Below are positions 31,978 through 40,804 of a stretch of 64,000 bases of DNA, piece by piece. Under the pieces are notes generated by a model. It worked only from the letters and a program-made list of their open reading frames with translations. It searched no databases and was not told the origin of the DNA. How positions within the stretch are numbered: position 1 is the first letter of the stretch; each line of letters begins with the position of its first letter. Both the position numbers and the translations under genes were made by a program. This DNA is from Acidimicrobiia bacterium. Its GTDB lineage: Bacteria > Actinomycetota > Acidimicrobiia > Acidimicrobiales > CADCSY01. The stretch lies in contig JBFWQW010000001.1 of assembly GCA_050249235.1 (NCBI GenBank), forward strand, positions 18,145 to 82,144, given 5' to 3'.

Positions 31978-34900
31978 ATGGGCTGGCGGAACCCCCCGGT
32001 GCCGTGGAGCGAGCTCGAGCAGCGCCTGTCGAGCCGGGCGGCCGGCGGGCGCCCCCCGAGCGCCCCGCCCGGGGCCGACGGGGGCGACAGCCCGGCCTGG
32101 TCGCACGTCCGGACGGCCTACGAGCCGCCGGCCGAGGCCGTGCCGGCCCCGGCCGGCCCGGTGGTGCCCTACGCCGAGCTGCACTGCCACTCGAACTTCT
32201 CGTTCCTCGACGGGGCCTCCCACCCGGAGGAGCTGGTGGAGGAGGCGGTGGGGCTCGGCCTGACGGCGCTCGCCCTCACCGACCACGACGGCTTCTACGG
32301 CATCGTCCGGTTCGCCGAGGCGGCCCGGGCCGTCGGGCTGCCCACCGTGTTCGGCGCCGAGCTCACCCTCGACCTGCCCCGTCCCCAGGTGGGCGAGCCC
32401 GATCCCGAGGGCGACCACCTGGTGGTGCTGGCCCGGTCGCCGGCCGGCTACGCCCGGCTGTCCCGGGCCATCGCCGCTGCCCACCTGCGGGGCGGCGAGA
32501 AGGGCCTGCCCCGCTCGTCGGTGGCCGACCTGGCCGGTCGCCACGGGGGCGAGTGGCAGGTGCTCACCGGCTGCCGGAAGGGGGCGGTGGCCAGGGCCCT
32601 GGTCGATCGGGGCCCGGCCGCGGCCGCCGCCGAGCTGGGGGCGCTGGTCGACGCCTTCGGCCGGTCCCGGGTGGCGGTCGAGCTGTGGGACCACGGCGAC
32701 CCGCTCGACACCGTCCGCAACGACGCCCTGGTGCAGCTGGCCGTGCAGGCCGGTGTCGACGTGGTGGCCACCAACAACGTGCACTACGCCGCCCCGCCCC
32801 GCCGGCCGCTCGCCACCGCACTGGCCGCGGTGCGCAGTCGCCGCAGCCTCGACGAGGTCGAGGGCTGGCTCCCGGCCGCGGCCCTGGCCTGCCTGCGCTC
32901 CGGTGCCGAGCAGGCCCGCCGCTTCGCCCGGTACCCCGGGGTGGTGGCCCGGGCGGCCGCCCTCGGTCTCGAGTGCGCCTTCGACCTGGCGCTGGTGGCG
33001 CCGGCGTTGCCGCCTTTCCCGTGCCCCGACGGCCTCGACGAGATGGGCTACCTCCGCCGGCTCACCGAGGAGGGGGCCACCGCCCGCTACGGCCCCCGCC
33101 ACCGCGAGCGCCAGCCGGGGGCGTGGGACCAGATCGACCACGAGCTGGCCGTCATCGAGGCCCTCACGTTCCCTGGCTACTTCCTCGTGGTGTGGGACAT
33201 CGTCGAGTTCTGCCGCCGCAACGACATCTACTGCCAGGGCCGGGGCTCGGCCGCCAACTCCGCCGTCTGCTTCGCCCTCGGGATCACCAACGCCGACGCC
33301 GTCGCCCTCGGCCTGCTCTTCGAGCGCTTCCTCTCCCCGGAGCGGGACGGCCCGCCCGACATCGACGTCGACATCGAGTCCGGCCGCCGGGAGGAAGCCA
33401 TCCAGTACGTCTACGCCAAGCACGGCCGGGAGCACGCCGCCCAGGTGGCCAACGTCATCACCTACCGGGGCCGGTCGTCGGTCCGCGACATGGGCAAGGC
33501 CCTGGGCCACGCCCAGGGCCAGGTCGACGCCTGGTCGAAGCAGCTCGACCACCACCTGCCGGTGGCCGGGGCCGGCGACGCCGACTCGTTCGACATCCCG
33601 CCCGAGGTGCTCGAGCTGGCCGGGCAGGTCGAGCACTTCCCCCGCCACCTCGGCATCCACTCCGGCGGCATGGTGATCTGTGACCGGCCGGTCGTCGAGG
33701 TCTGCCCGGTCGAGTGGGGCCGCATGGCCGACCGCACCGTCCTGCAGTGGGACAAGGACGACTGCGCCGCGGTGGGCCTGGTGAAGTTCGACCTGCTCGG
33801 CCTCGGGATGCTCACGGTGCTGCACGGGGTGGTCGACCTGGTGCGCCGGCACCACGGCGTCGAGGTCTCCCTCGCCACCATCCCGCAGGACCCGGCCGTC
33901 TACGCCATGCTCTGCGAGGCCGACTCGGTGGGTGTGTTCCAGGTCGAGAGCCGGGCCCAGATGGCCACGCTGCCCCGCCTGAAGCCCCGGGGCTTCTACG
34001 ACCTGGTCGTCGAGGTGGCGCTCATCCGGCCCGGTCCGATCCAGGGCGGCTCGGTGCATCCCTACATCCGCCGCCGCAACGGCGAGGAGGCGGTCACCTT
34101 CCTGCACCCCCTCCTCGAGCCGGCCCTGGCCAAGACCCTGGGCGTGCCGCTGTTCCAGGAGCAGCTCATGCAGATGGCCATCGACGTGGCCGGCTTCACC
34201 GCCGCCGAGGCCGACCAGCTCCGCCAGGCCATGGGGTCGAAGCGGTCGCGGGAGCGCATGGAGCGCCTGCGGCGGCGGTTCTACGACGGCATGGCCGAGC
34301 GGGGGATCACCGGCGAGGTCGCCGACGCCATCTTCGACAAGCTGGCCGCCTTCGCCAACTTCGGCTTCCCCGAGAGCCACTCGGTGAGCTTCGCCTACCT
34401 CGTCTACGCCTCGGCCTGGTTCAAGCTGCACCACCCGGCGGCCTTCTGCGCGGCGCTGCTCAACGGCCAGCCCATGGGGTTCTGGGCCCCCCACACCCTG
34501 GTGCGCGACGCCCGCCGCCACGGCGTGGTGGTGCGCCGGGCCGACGTCAACGAGAGCGAGGCCGCCTCGACCCTCGAGCCCGACCCGGCCAGCGCCGGCG
34601 GCGTCGCCGTGCGCCTCGGCCTCAAGGAGGTGCGCTCGGTGGGCGACGACCTGGCCGAGGCCATCGCCGCCGGCCGGCCCTACCGCTCGGTGGAGGACCT
34701 GGTCCGCCGGGCCGACGTGCCTCTCGCCGCGGTGGAGGCGCTGGCCACGGCCGGGGCCCTGGCCGGCTTCGGGCTCGACCGTCGGTCGGCGCTCTGGTCG
34801 GCGGGGGCGACCGCCCAGCTCCGCCCCGGGCCCTCGGGGCAGCTGCGCCTGCCGGGCATCGTCACCGGCATCCGGGCGCCCGACCTCCCCGGCATGACCC

Positions 34901-35307
34901 CGATGGAGGAGACGGTGGCCGACCTGTGGGCCACCGGCATCAGCGCCGACACCCATCCCACCGAGCACGTGCGCGAGCACCTGGCCTCGCTCGGGGTGCG
35001 CACCTCGGTCGAGCTGCGCCGGGTGGCGGACGGCGACCGGGTGGTGGTGGCCGGGGTGGTCACCCACCGCCAGCGCCCGGCCACCGCCTCCGGCACGGTG
35101 TTCCTCAACCTGGAGGACGAGACCGGGCTGGTGAACGTGATCTGCTCGGCCGGCCTCTGGAAGCGCCACCGCAAGATCGCCCGCACCGCGCCGGCCCTGC
35201 TCGTCCGGGGCACGGTCGAATCGGCCCAGGGCGTGGTGAACGTCGTCGCCGACCGCCTCGAGGTCCTCTCGCTGGGGGCACCCACCCGCTCCCGCGACTT
35301 CCGCTGA
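31978..35307 (+). CDS. dnaE2: error-prone DNA polymerase III alpha-like subunit DnaE2
   Basis: 1109-aa ORF. N-terminus MGWRNPPVPWSELE, PHP domain YAELHCHSNFSFLDGASHPEELVEEA, polymerase core, and an SOS box upstream. Confidence 0.95.
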   Translation: MGWRNPPVPWSELEQRLSSRAAGGRPPSAPPGADGGDSPAWSHVRTAYEPPAEAVPAPAGPVVPYAELHCHSNFSFLDGASHPEELVEEAVGLGLTALALTDHDGFYGIVRFAEAARAVGLPTVFGAELTLDLPRPQVGEPDPEGDHLVVLARSPAGYARLSRAIAAAHLRGGEKGLPRSSVADLAGRHGGEWQVLTGCRKGAVARALVDRGPAAAAAELGALVDAFGRSRVAVELWDHGDPLDTVRNDALVQLAVQAGVDVVATNNVHYAAPPRRPLATALAAVRSRRSLDEVEGWLPAAALACLRSGAEQARRFARYPGVVARAAALGLECAFDLALVAPALPPFPCPDGLDEMGYLRRLTEEGATARYGPRHRERQPGAWDQIDHELAVIEALTFPGYFLVVWDIVEFCRRNDIYCQGRGSAANSAVCFALGITNADAVALGLLFERFLSPERDGPPDIDVDIESGRREEAIQYVYAKHGREHAAQVANVITYRGRSSVRDMGKALGHAQGQVDAWSKQLDHHLPVAGAGDADSFDIPPEVLELAGQVEHFPRHLGIHSGGMVICDRPVVEVCPVEWGRMADRTVLQWDKDDCAAVGLVKFDLLGLGMLTVLHGVVDLVRRHHGVEVSLATIPQDPAVYAMLCEADSVGVFQVESRAQMATLPRLKPRGFYDLVVEVALIRPGPIQGGSVHPYIRRRNGEEAVTFLHPLLEPALAKTLGVPLFQEQLMQMAIDVAGFTAAEADQLRQAMGSKRSRERMERLRRRFYDGMAERGITGEVADAIFDKLAAFANFGFPESHSVSFAYLVYASAWFKLHHPAAFCAALLNGQPMGFWAPHTLVRDARRHGVVVRRADVNESEAASTLEPDPASAGGVAVRLGLKEVRSVGDDLAEAIAAGRPYRSVEDLVRRADVPLAAVEALATAGALAGFGLDRRSALWSAGATAQLRPGPSGQLRLPGIVTGIRAPDLPGMTPMEETVADLWATGISADTHPTEHVREHLASLGVRTSVELRRVADGDRVVVAGVVTHRQRPATASGTVFLNLEDETGLVNVICSAGLWKRHRKIARTAPALLVRGTVESAQGVVNVVADRLEVLSLGAPTRSRDFR

Positions 35308-35309
35308 AC

Positions 35310-35327
35310 GCGTCCCCGGCGGGACGC
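35310..35327 (+). terminator. short hairpin after dnaE2 (GCGTCCC-cggc-GGGACGC)
   Basis: 7-bp perfect stem starting 3 nt after the stop codon; no U-tract. Confidence 0.45.
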
Positions 35328-35353
35328 CGACCGTACGACGTACTGTCGCTCTC

Positions 35354-36655
35354 GTGCGCAGGGGGGCGACCCGGAGCTCGTCCGGCATGTTCCGCGTCTT
35401 CCGCCACCGCAACTACGCCCTGCTCGCCACCGGCAACTTCGTGAACCAGCTCGGCATGTGGGGCCGCATGATCGGGATCGGCTGGGCCGCCCAGGACCTC
35501 ACCGACAGCGCCTTCCTGGTCGGGCTGGCCCACGGCTCGCAGTTCCTCCCGAGCCTCCTGCTGGCGCCGTTCTGCGGGCTGGTGGCCGACCGGTTCGACC
35601 GGCGCAACGTCGCCGTCCTGGGCAACCTCGGCATGGCCATCCCGTCGGCCGCCATCACGGTGCTGCTCCTCACCGACCGGCTCACCATCACCGGCCTGGT
35701 GCTGCTGGCCCTGGTGGGCGGGACCCTCCAGTCCTTCACCACGCCGGCCATCGCCGCCCTCGTGCCCCACGCCGTGCCCCCGGCCGACGTGCCGGCCGCC
35801 ATCGCCATGAACAACGTCCTCAGCAACGTCAGCCGCTTCCTCGGCGCCGCCCTGGTCGGGGTCATCATCACCGCCTGGGACACCCCGGCCGCCTTCGCGT
35901 TCAACGCCGGGTCGCTGCTGGCCGTGGCCGTGCCCTGGCTGGCCTTGAGGGTGACCGTGCCGCCCCGGGTGGTGAGCGACGAGTCGTTCGTCACCCAGCT
36001 GGCCGGCGGCTTCCGCTTCGCCCGCCACCAGCCGTCCGTCGGCAGCCTGCTCGTGCTCAACACGGTCGTCGGCCTCCTGATCATGCAGGCGCCGCTCATG
36101 CCGCTCGTCACCCGCGACCTGCTCGACGCCGGGCCGTCGACCTACGGGCTCCTCCAGTCGGTCACCGGCATCGGGGCCATCGTGGGTGCCGTCTTCGCCG
36201 GGCGGGCGGCCACCGGCACCCGGCTGATGGCGGTGATGACGATCGCGCTGGTGGCGACGGCGGCCAGCGTGCTCGGCGTGGCCCTGTCGAGCTGGGTCGC
36301 GGTCTCGGTGGTGGTCCAGATCGTCTTCGGCTTCGGCCTCTTCACGCTGATGACCAGCACGGTCACGGTGATCACGCTGTCGACGCCCGACCGCTACCTC
36401 GGCCGGGTCATGTCGCTGCACGGCATGACCATCGGCGGGATGGTGCCGATCAACGCCATGGTGGCCGGCCTCTTCGCCAACCTGATCGGGACCCGGATGA
36501 CCCTGCTCGTGGCCGGCGCCACGCTCGGCGCCTACGTCGTCTGGTTCGTCGCCCGCCGGCTCGGCCGCATCCACGTCGTCCGCCCCGACGACGAGGCCAC
36601 GGGCCCGGCGGTGCCCGTGCCCGCGGTCCCCGACGTGGCCGTCGTGCCGGGCTGA
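35354..36655 (+). CDS. MFS transporter
   Basis: 433-aa ORF with about 12 TM segments and an MFS-type loop motif GLVADRFDRRNV. GTG 35354 lies 7 nt after TACTGT (35341-35346). ATG 35387 is an alternative. Confidence 0.85.
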   Translation: MRRGATRSSSGMFRVFRHRNYALLATGNFVNQLGMWGRMIGIGWAAQDLTDSAFLVGLAHGSQFLPSLLLAPFCGLVADRFDRRNVAVLGNLGMAIPSAAITVLLLTDRLTITGLVLLALVGGTLQSFTTPAIAALVPHAVPPADVPAAIAMNNVLSNVSRFLGAALVGVIITAWDTPAAFAFNAGSLLAVAVPWLALRVTVPPRVVSDESFVTQLAGGFRFARHQPSVGSLLVLNTVVGLLIMQAPLMPLVTRDLLDAGPSTYGLLQSVTGIGAIVGAVFAGRAATGTRLMAVMTIALVATAASVLGVALSSWVAVSVVVQIVFGFGLFTLMTSTVTVITLSTPDRYLGRVMSLHGMTIGGMVPINAMVAGLFANLIGTRMTLLVAGATLGAYVVWFVARRLGRIHVVRPDDEATGPAVPVPAVPDVAVVPG

Positions 36656-36719
36656 CGGGCTCGACGTCGACGGGTCGCTCGGCCGGGGCCGGTGCCCTTG
36701 GCCGCCCGGCCGGGCGTGC

Positions 36720-37724
36720 CTAGGGCGCCGACCAGGCGGTGCCCTCGACGACCGGCGAGCGGCCGAGCAGGGGCTCCCACCACGGCCGGTTGGCGGCGTA
36801 CCAGTCGATGGTGGCGGCGACCCCCTCGGCCCAGGGCACGGAGGGGGCCCAGCCCAGCTCGGTCCGGATCTTCGAGGAGTCGAGGAGGTAGCGGCGGTCG
36901 TGGCCGGGCCGGTCGGGGACGATCGTCTTCATCGAGGCCGGCTTGCCGAGGTGGTCGAGGACGGTGTCGGCGATCTGTTCGACGCTCAGCTCGTCGCCGG
37001 TGCCCACGTGGTAGGTCTCGCCCAGGCGGCCGTCGGCCAGCACGAGGTCGATGGCCCGGCAGTGGTCGAGGGCGTGGATCCACTCGCGCCGGTTCTGGGT
37101 CGAGGCGTAGAGGGGGAGGGGCTGGTCCCGGAGGGCGAGGGTGGTGAAGAGGGGGAGCACCTTCTCCGGGAACTGGAAGGGCCCGTAGTTGTTGGCGCAG
37201 TTGGTGATCGTGACCGGCAGGTCCCACGTCTCGTGGTACGACCGCACGACGTGGTCGCCGCCGGCCTTCGACGCGTTGTAGGGGGTGCGGGGCCGGTAGG
37301 GGGACCGCTCGGTGAAGGCCTCGTCGGTGTCGAGGTCGAGGTCGCCGTACACCTCACAGGTCGAGACGTGGTGGAAGCGGCGCACGCCGACCCGGCGGGC
37401 GGCCTCGCAGAGGCCCTGGGTGCCGAGGACGTTGGTGCGGAAGAACCGGGCCGGGTCGAGCACGGCCAGGCTGTTGTGCGACTCGGCCGCGAAGTTCACG
37501 ATCACGTCGACGGCGTGCTCGCGCAGCACGTGGGCCACCGTGTCCGTGTCGCCGATGTCGGCGTGGACGAAGGCGACGCCCGCCAGCCCGTCGACGCTCT
37601 CGCGGACGCCGGCGTAGGTGAGGGCGTCGAGGACGACCAGCCGATCGCCGGGATGGGCCTCGCGCCAGTAGCGGACGAAGTTCGAGCCGATGAACCCGGC
37701 GCCGCCGGTCACGAGGATGGCCAC
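36720..37724 (-). CDS. rmlB: dTDP-glucose 4,6-dehydratase
   Basis: GTG 37724 (VAILVTGGAGFIGSNFV) inside the 483-aa ORF. Catalytic YNASKAGGD, plus NCANNYGPFQFPEK and DRRY motifs. Confidence 0.9.
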   Translation of the reverse strand: MAILVTGGAGFIGSNFVRYWREAHPGDRLVVLDALTYAGVRESVDGLAGVAFVHADIGDTDTVAHVLREHAVDVIVNFAAESHNSLAVLDPARFFRTNVLGTQGLCEAARRVGVRRFHHVSTCEVYGDLDLDTDEAFTERSPYRPRTPYNASKAGGDHVVRSYHETWDLPVTITNCANNYGPFQFPEKVLPLFTTLALRDQPLPLYASTQNRREWIHALDHCRAIDLVLADGRLGETYHVGTGDELSVEQIADTVLDHLGKPASMKTIVPDRPGHDRRYLLDSSKIRTELGWAPSVPWAEGVAATIDWYAANRPWWEPLLGRSPVVEGTAWSAP

Positions 37725-37856
37725 GCCGAAACTCTCGCACGGGTGCGCGGGCGGTGCCGCGCCCCCCGGGCCCGGCGCCGCCCCATCCCGATGTGTGCTC
37801 GCGCCGCGCTCGGGTACACCGGGAGCCGCCAGACCCCCGGACAAGGAGCACCACCC

Positions 37857-38420
37857 ATGGACGTCACGAAGATGCTGGAGGCCGACCACCGCAGTGTCGA
37901 GGAGCTCTTCGCCGCCATCGAGCAGGCCGAGGCCGCCGAGCGGCAGCCGTCGATCGACGAGCTGGTCACCTCGCTCCGGGCCCACATGGAGCTCGAGGAG
38001 TCCGTCGTCTACCCGCGGATGAAGCCGGTGACGGGTGACGAGCCGGTGGAGGAGGGCGTGGTCGAGCACGAGCTCGGCCGCAAGCTGCTCGCCGACCTGG
38101 TCGCCCTGGCGCCCGACGAGCCCGGCTTCGGCGCGGCCCTCGACGCCCTGAAGGCCGGCATCGAGCACCACGTCGAGGAGGAGGAGCAGGAGGTCTTCCC
38201 CAAGCTCCGGCAGGAGGGAGGGACCGTGCTCGCCGAGATGGCGACCCCCTTCATGACCAAGCGGCTCGAGCTCGGCATGCCGATCGACGCCGAGGGCCTC
38301 ATGGCCTCGTCCAGCAAGGAGGAGCTGCTCGAGGAGGCGCGGGGCGCGGCCGTCGACGGTGCCGGCTCGATGACGAAGGCCGAGTTGGCCGAGGCGCTCG
38401 CCGCCAAGATGGCCTCCTGA
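37857..38420 (+). CDS. hemerythrin domain-containing protein
   Basis: ATG 37857 after AAGGAG. LEADHRSVEELF...HMELEESVVYP...EHHVEEEEQEVFP is the H/E ligand pattern of hemerythrin-like domains. Confidence 0.8.
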   Translation: MDVTKMLEADHRSVEELFAAIEQAEAAERQPSIDELVTSLRAHMELEESVVYPRMKPVTGDEPVEEGVVEHELGRKLLADLVALAPDEPGFGAALDALKAGIEHHVEEEEQEVFPKLRQEGGTVLAEMATPFMTKRLELGMPIDAEGLMASSSKEELLEEARGAAVDGAGSMTKAELAEALAAKMAS

Positions 38421-38542
38421 CCCTCTGGCGTTCGTGTCGCCGGCCCGGCCGATCCCTCGAAACGGGTCCCCCCACCGATTCGGGTCAGGCCGGGCCGGTG
38501 GCGCGCCGGGCGGCGGTCAGGGTGCGCCGTCAGGGCCGCCGG

Positions 38543-38857
38543 TCAGGGTGCGCCGGTCACAGAGGTCGGTTGGCGGCGGGCGATGGTGCGCTGCTCCTCG
38601 GTCGTGCCGCCCCACACGCCGGAGGTCGAGGCTCCGAGCGACCGCGCGTAGTCCAGGCAGGCGCCGACCACCGGGCACTCGGCGCAGATGGCGAGGGCTC
38701 GGTGGCTCCCGTGACGCGCCGTGTCGTCGAGGAAGTCGACCTCCGGGTGCTGGCGGCAGCGGGCCTCGGCGATCCAGGGCTGGTCCCCGAACCGGCTGGC
38801 GCCCGAGGTCGGCCCGGGGAGGTCCGGAGCGGTGTGCAGATCGAGGGCCGTTGCCAT
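38543..38857 (-). CDS. whiB: WhiB family transcriptional regulator (second paralog)
   Basis: 104-aa ORF. ARCRQ ... ICAECPVVGAC (CxxC-x5-C) and GVWGGTTEEQR. Confidence 0.85.
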   Translation of the reverse strand: MATALDLHTAPDLPGPTSGASRFGDQPWIAEARCRQHPEVDFLDDTARHGSHRALAICAECPVVGACLDYARSLGASTSGVWGGTTEEQRTIARRQPTSVTGAP

Positions 38858-39374
38858 CGTGCGGTTCTCCGAGCGCTGGAGGTGCCCGGGGCGCGGCTGC
38901 CCACCCGGGCCGGCCGACCCGCCGGGAGCGTCGGGGAAGCGGACCTGACCGGACCACGGTCAGCTGGGCCGGCGGACCCCAGCGTCGCGACGCGTCTGCC
39001 ACCGGCCCGGGCGACCCTACCGGTGGGTCGCCCGACTCCCTCGTCGCCGTGCCTGCCGCCGGCGACGGCGGGACGAGCGGTCCCGCCGGCCGGGCCCGAC
39101 CGTTCCGCGGCGGGCCGATGCCGACCCGGGCAGGGCGACGGCGGCGGCGCGTCGAACTGCTCTGCCATGGGTCGTCCGTCTCCCAAGGTCACGATCGGCG
39201 CCGCGTTCGTCGCCGAGGCGGCCTGGCTGGCGCTCCTCGGCCGCTTCCTCGTCGGCCTGGTCTGACCGCCGCCCTGCGGCCCCTCGCCGGCGGGTCCCGG
39301 CGGCCCCGGGCGAGCGACGGGCCGGCGTCGGCGTCGCGTCGAAGCGGTCGTGCACCCGAGCGGTGCCAACTCGG

Positions 39375-39677
39375 TCAGCCGGGCGGCGCGTTCACCGTGC
39401 CGACCACCTCGAACCACTCGACGCGGACCGGGTCGCTGGCCCCGGCCCGCTCGAGGGCGGCGGCGAGCCGGTCCTCCATGAAGCGCTCCTGGGCGACGCG
39501 GCTCTCCCAGAGCTCGAAGACGACCAGCCCGCCGGCGGCGGAGACGACCGCGGCGTGCGAGATGGCGCCGGCGGGGATCTCGTCGCCGAGCGCCAGCTCC
39601 GTCATCACCGTCGCGTACTCCTGCCGGGCGTCCTTGCCGTCCTGCGGGTCGAACTCCATCAGCAACGCCTCGGCCAT
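39375..39677 (-). CDS. hypothetical small cytoplasmic protein (100 aa)
   Basis: ATG 39677 preceded by GGGGAGGGA. MAEALLMEFDPQDGKDARQEYATVMTEL...VVFELWESRVAQERFMEDRL. Coding-like composition; family not recognised. Confidence 0.6.
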   Translation of the reverse strand: MAEALLMEFDPQDGKDARQEYATVMTELALGDEIPAGAISHAAVVSAAGGLVVFELWESRVAQERFMEDRLAAALERAGASDPVRVEWFEVVGTVNAPPG

Positions 39678-39754
39678 GGTGTCCCTCCCCTCGACCAGCT
39701 GCTGGCGGCACGATAACTCTCGTGCCTCCCGGCCCGACAGGGCCCGACCTGCGC

Positions 39755-40618
39755 TCATCTCCCGGTCGACGAGAAGTGCATGTAGTCCTTGAGGGTGCGC
39801 CAGGTGCCGCCCCAGGTCCAGCCGATGTCGGCGAAGGCTCGAACCGCCTCGTCGTCGGCGACGATCATCCCGGGCCGGACGGCGGTGCGGTCGAGGTAGG
39901 CCGAGGCCAGCTCGGGCACGACGACCTCGCCACGGACGTACGGGTTGTGGAAGGGGTTGACGTCGACGGCCCGGCCGTGGGCGTGCTCCGACCAGGCCCG
40001 GGTGGAGCCGGTGGGCGGGCGGCACACGAAGCTCTCGGTGTTGTTGCCGTCGCCGGTGGGGTGGGCGTCGAGCTCGGCGGCGGTGGTGATCCGCATCTCC
40101 TCGATCGGGACCCCGGCGTCGAAGAGGCGGCGGAAGACGTCGACGATGCCGTCGGCGAAGCCGGTCGCGACCAGCAGCTCGCCGGTGTGGGCGGCGCCGT
40201 CGAAGCCGCGGTGCACGACGGTCACGTAGCGGAGGCCGTCGACGCCGACCGGGCATCCCTCGTGCCAGGTCGACCGGGCCAGGACGTCGGGCGGAACGGG
40301 CGAGACCGTCGACGCGAACCGGCCGTCGGCCGGGTCGGGGAGGTGCCCCGGCGTCCGGAGCTGCCGGTCGACCAGCTCGGGCGGGGTCGGTCGGATCTCG
40401 CCGAATCCGTCGGGGCGGCGGGGGAGGAGGCGGGTGCCGAGCCAGGTCGGCCGGGCGAAGCGGTCGGGCAGGGTCGCGACGGTCGTGGTGGTCGTGGTCG
40501 CCCCGTCCGGCGCCGACACGGCCGCGGTCGTCGTGCTCGGGGCCGACCCCGTCCTCGAACCCCCGTCGTCACCGCCGCAGGCGGCCGCCCCGGCGAGCAC
40601 CGCGACCACGCCCATCAT
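39755..40618 (-). CDS. M15 family metallopeptidase (VanY/D-Ala-D-Ala carboxypeptidase-like), probable lipoprotein
   Basis: ATG 40618. MMGVVAVLAGAAACGG (lipobox-like), Thr/Ser-rich linker, and M15 motifs SEHAHGRAVDVNP and DYMHFS. Confidence 0.8.
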   Translation of the reverse strand: MMGVVAVLAGAAACGGDDGGSRTGSAPSTTTAAVSAPDGATTTTTTVATLPDRFARPTWLGTRLLPRRPDGFGEIRPTPPELVDRQLRTPGHLPDPADGRFASTVSPVPPDVLARSTWHEGCPVGVDGLRYVTVVHRGFDGAAHTGELLVATGFADGIVDVFRRLFDAGVPIEEMRITTAAELDAHPTGDGNNTESFVCRPPTGSTRAWSEHAHGRAVDVNPFHNPYVRGEVVVPELASAYLDRTAVRPGMIVADDEAVRAFADIGWTWGGTWRTLKDYMHFSSTGR

Positions 40619-40637
40619 CCCGGCCCACCGCCGAAGG

Positions 40638-40694
40638 CCCCGAGCTCCGTCGACGACGCCGGCATCGTCCCGGCTCCGTCGACGAGGAACGGGG
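40638..40694. repeat. palindromic repeat family, copy C (opposite orientation)
   Basis: The reverse complement reads CCCCGTTC-CT-CGTCGAC-G-GAGCCGGG..., matching the copy A left arm TCCCGTTC-GT-CGTCGAC-C-GAGCCGGG. Two CGTCGACG cores can pair. It lies in a divergent intergenic region. Confidence 0.5.
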
Positions 40695-40804
40695 AGGGGG
40701 GCCACCGGGCCCGACGGTACGGCGCGGCCGGGCCGCACGGGAGGCGGACCGCCCGCCCGGCGCCGGACGGACCGGGTGGGCGGGGCCCGTAGGCTGCCGG
40801 CCTC

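Noticed and set aside
38557-39172. Minus-strand ORF starting MAEQFDAPPPSPCPG upstream of whiB
   Set aside because: Pro/Arg/Gly-rich. It reads out of frame through the well-supported whiB gene without a stop and looks like a shadow frame.
40619-40804. Possible c-di-AMP (ydaO-type) riboswitch upstream of the M15 cell-wall peptidase
   Set aside because: The context was suggestive, but I could not find the conserved ydaO sequence blocks as I remember them. The structure present is the palindromic repeat (copy C).
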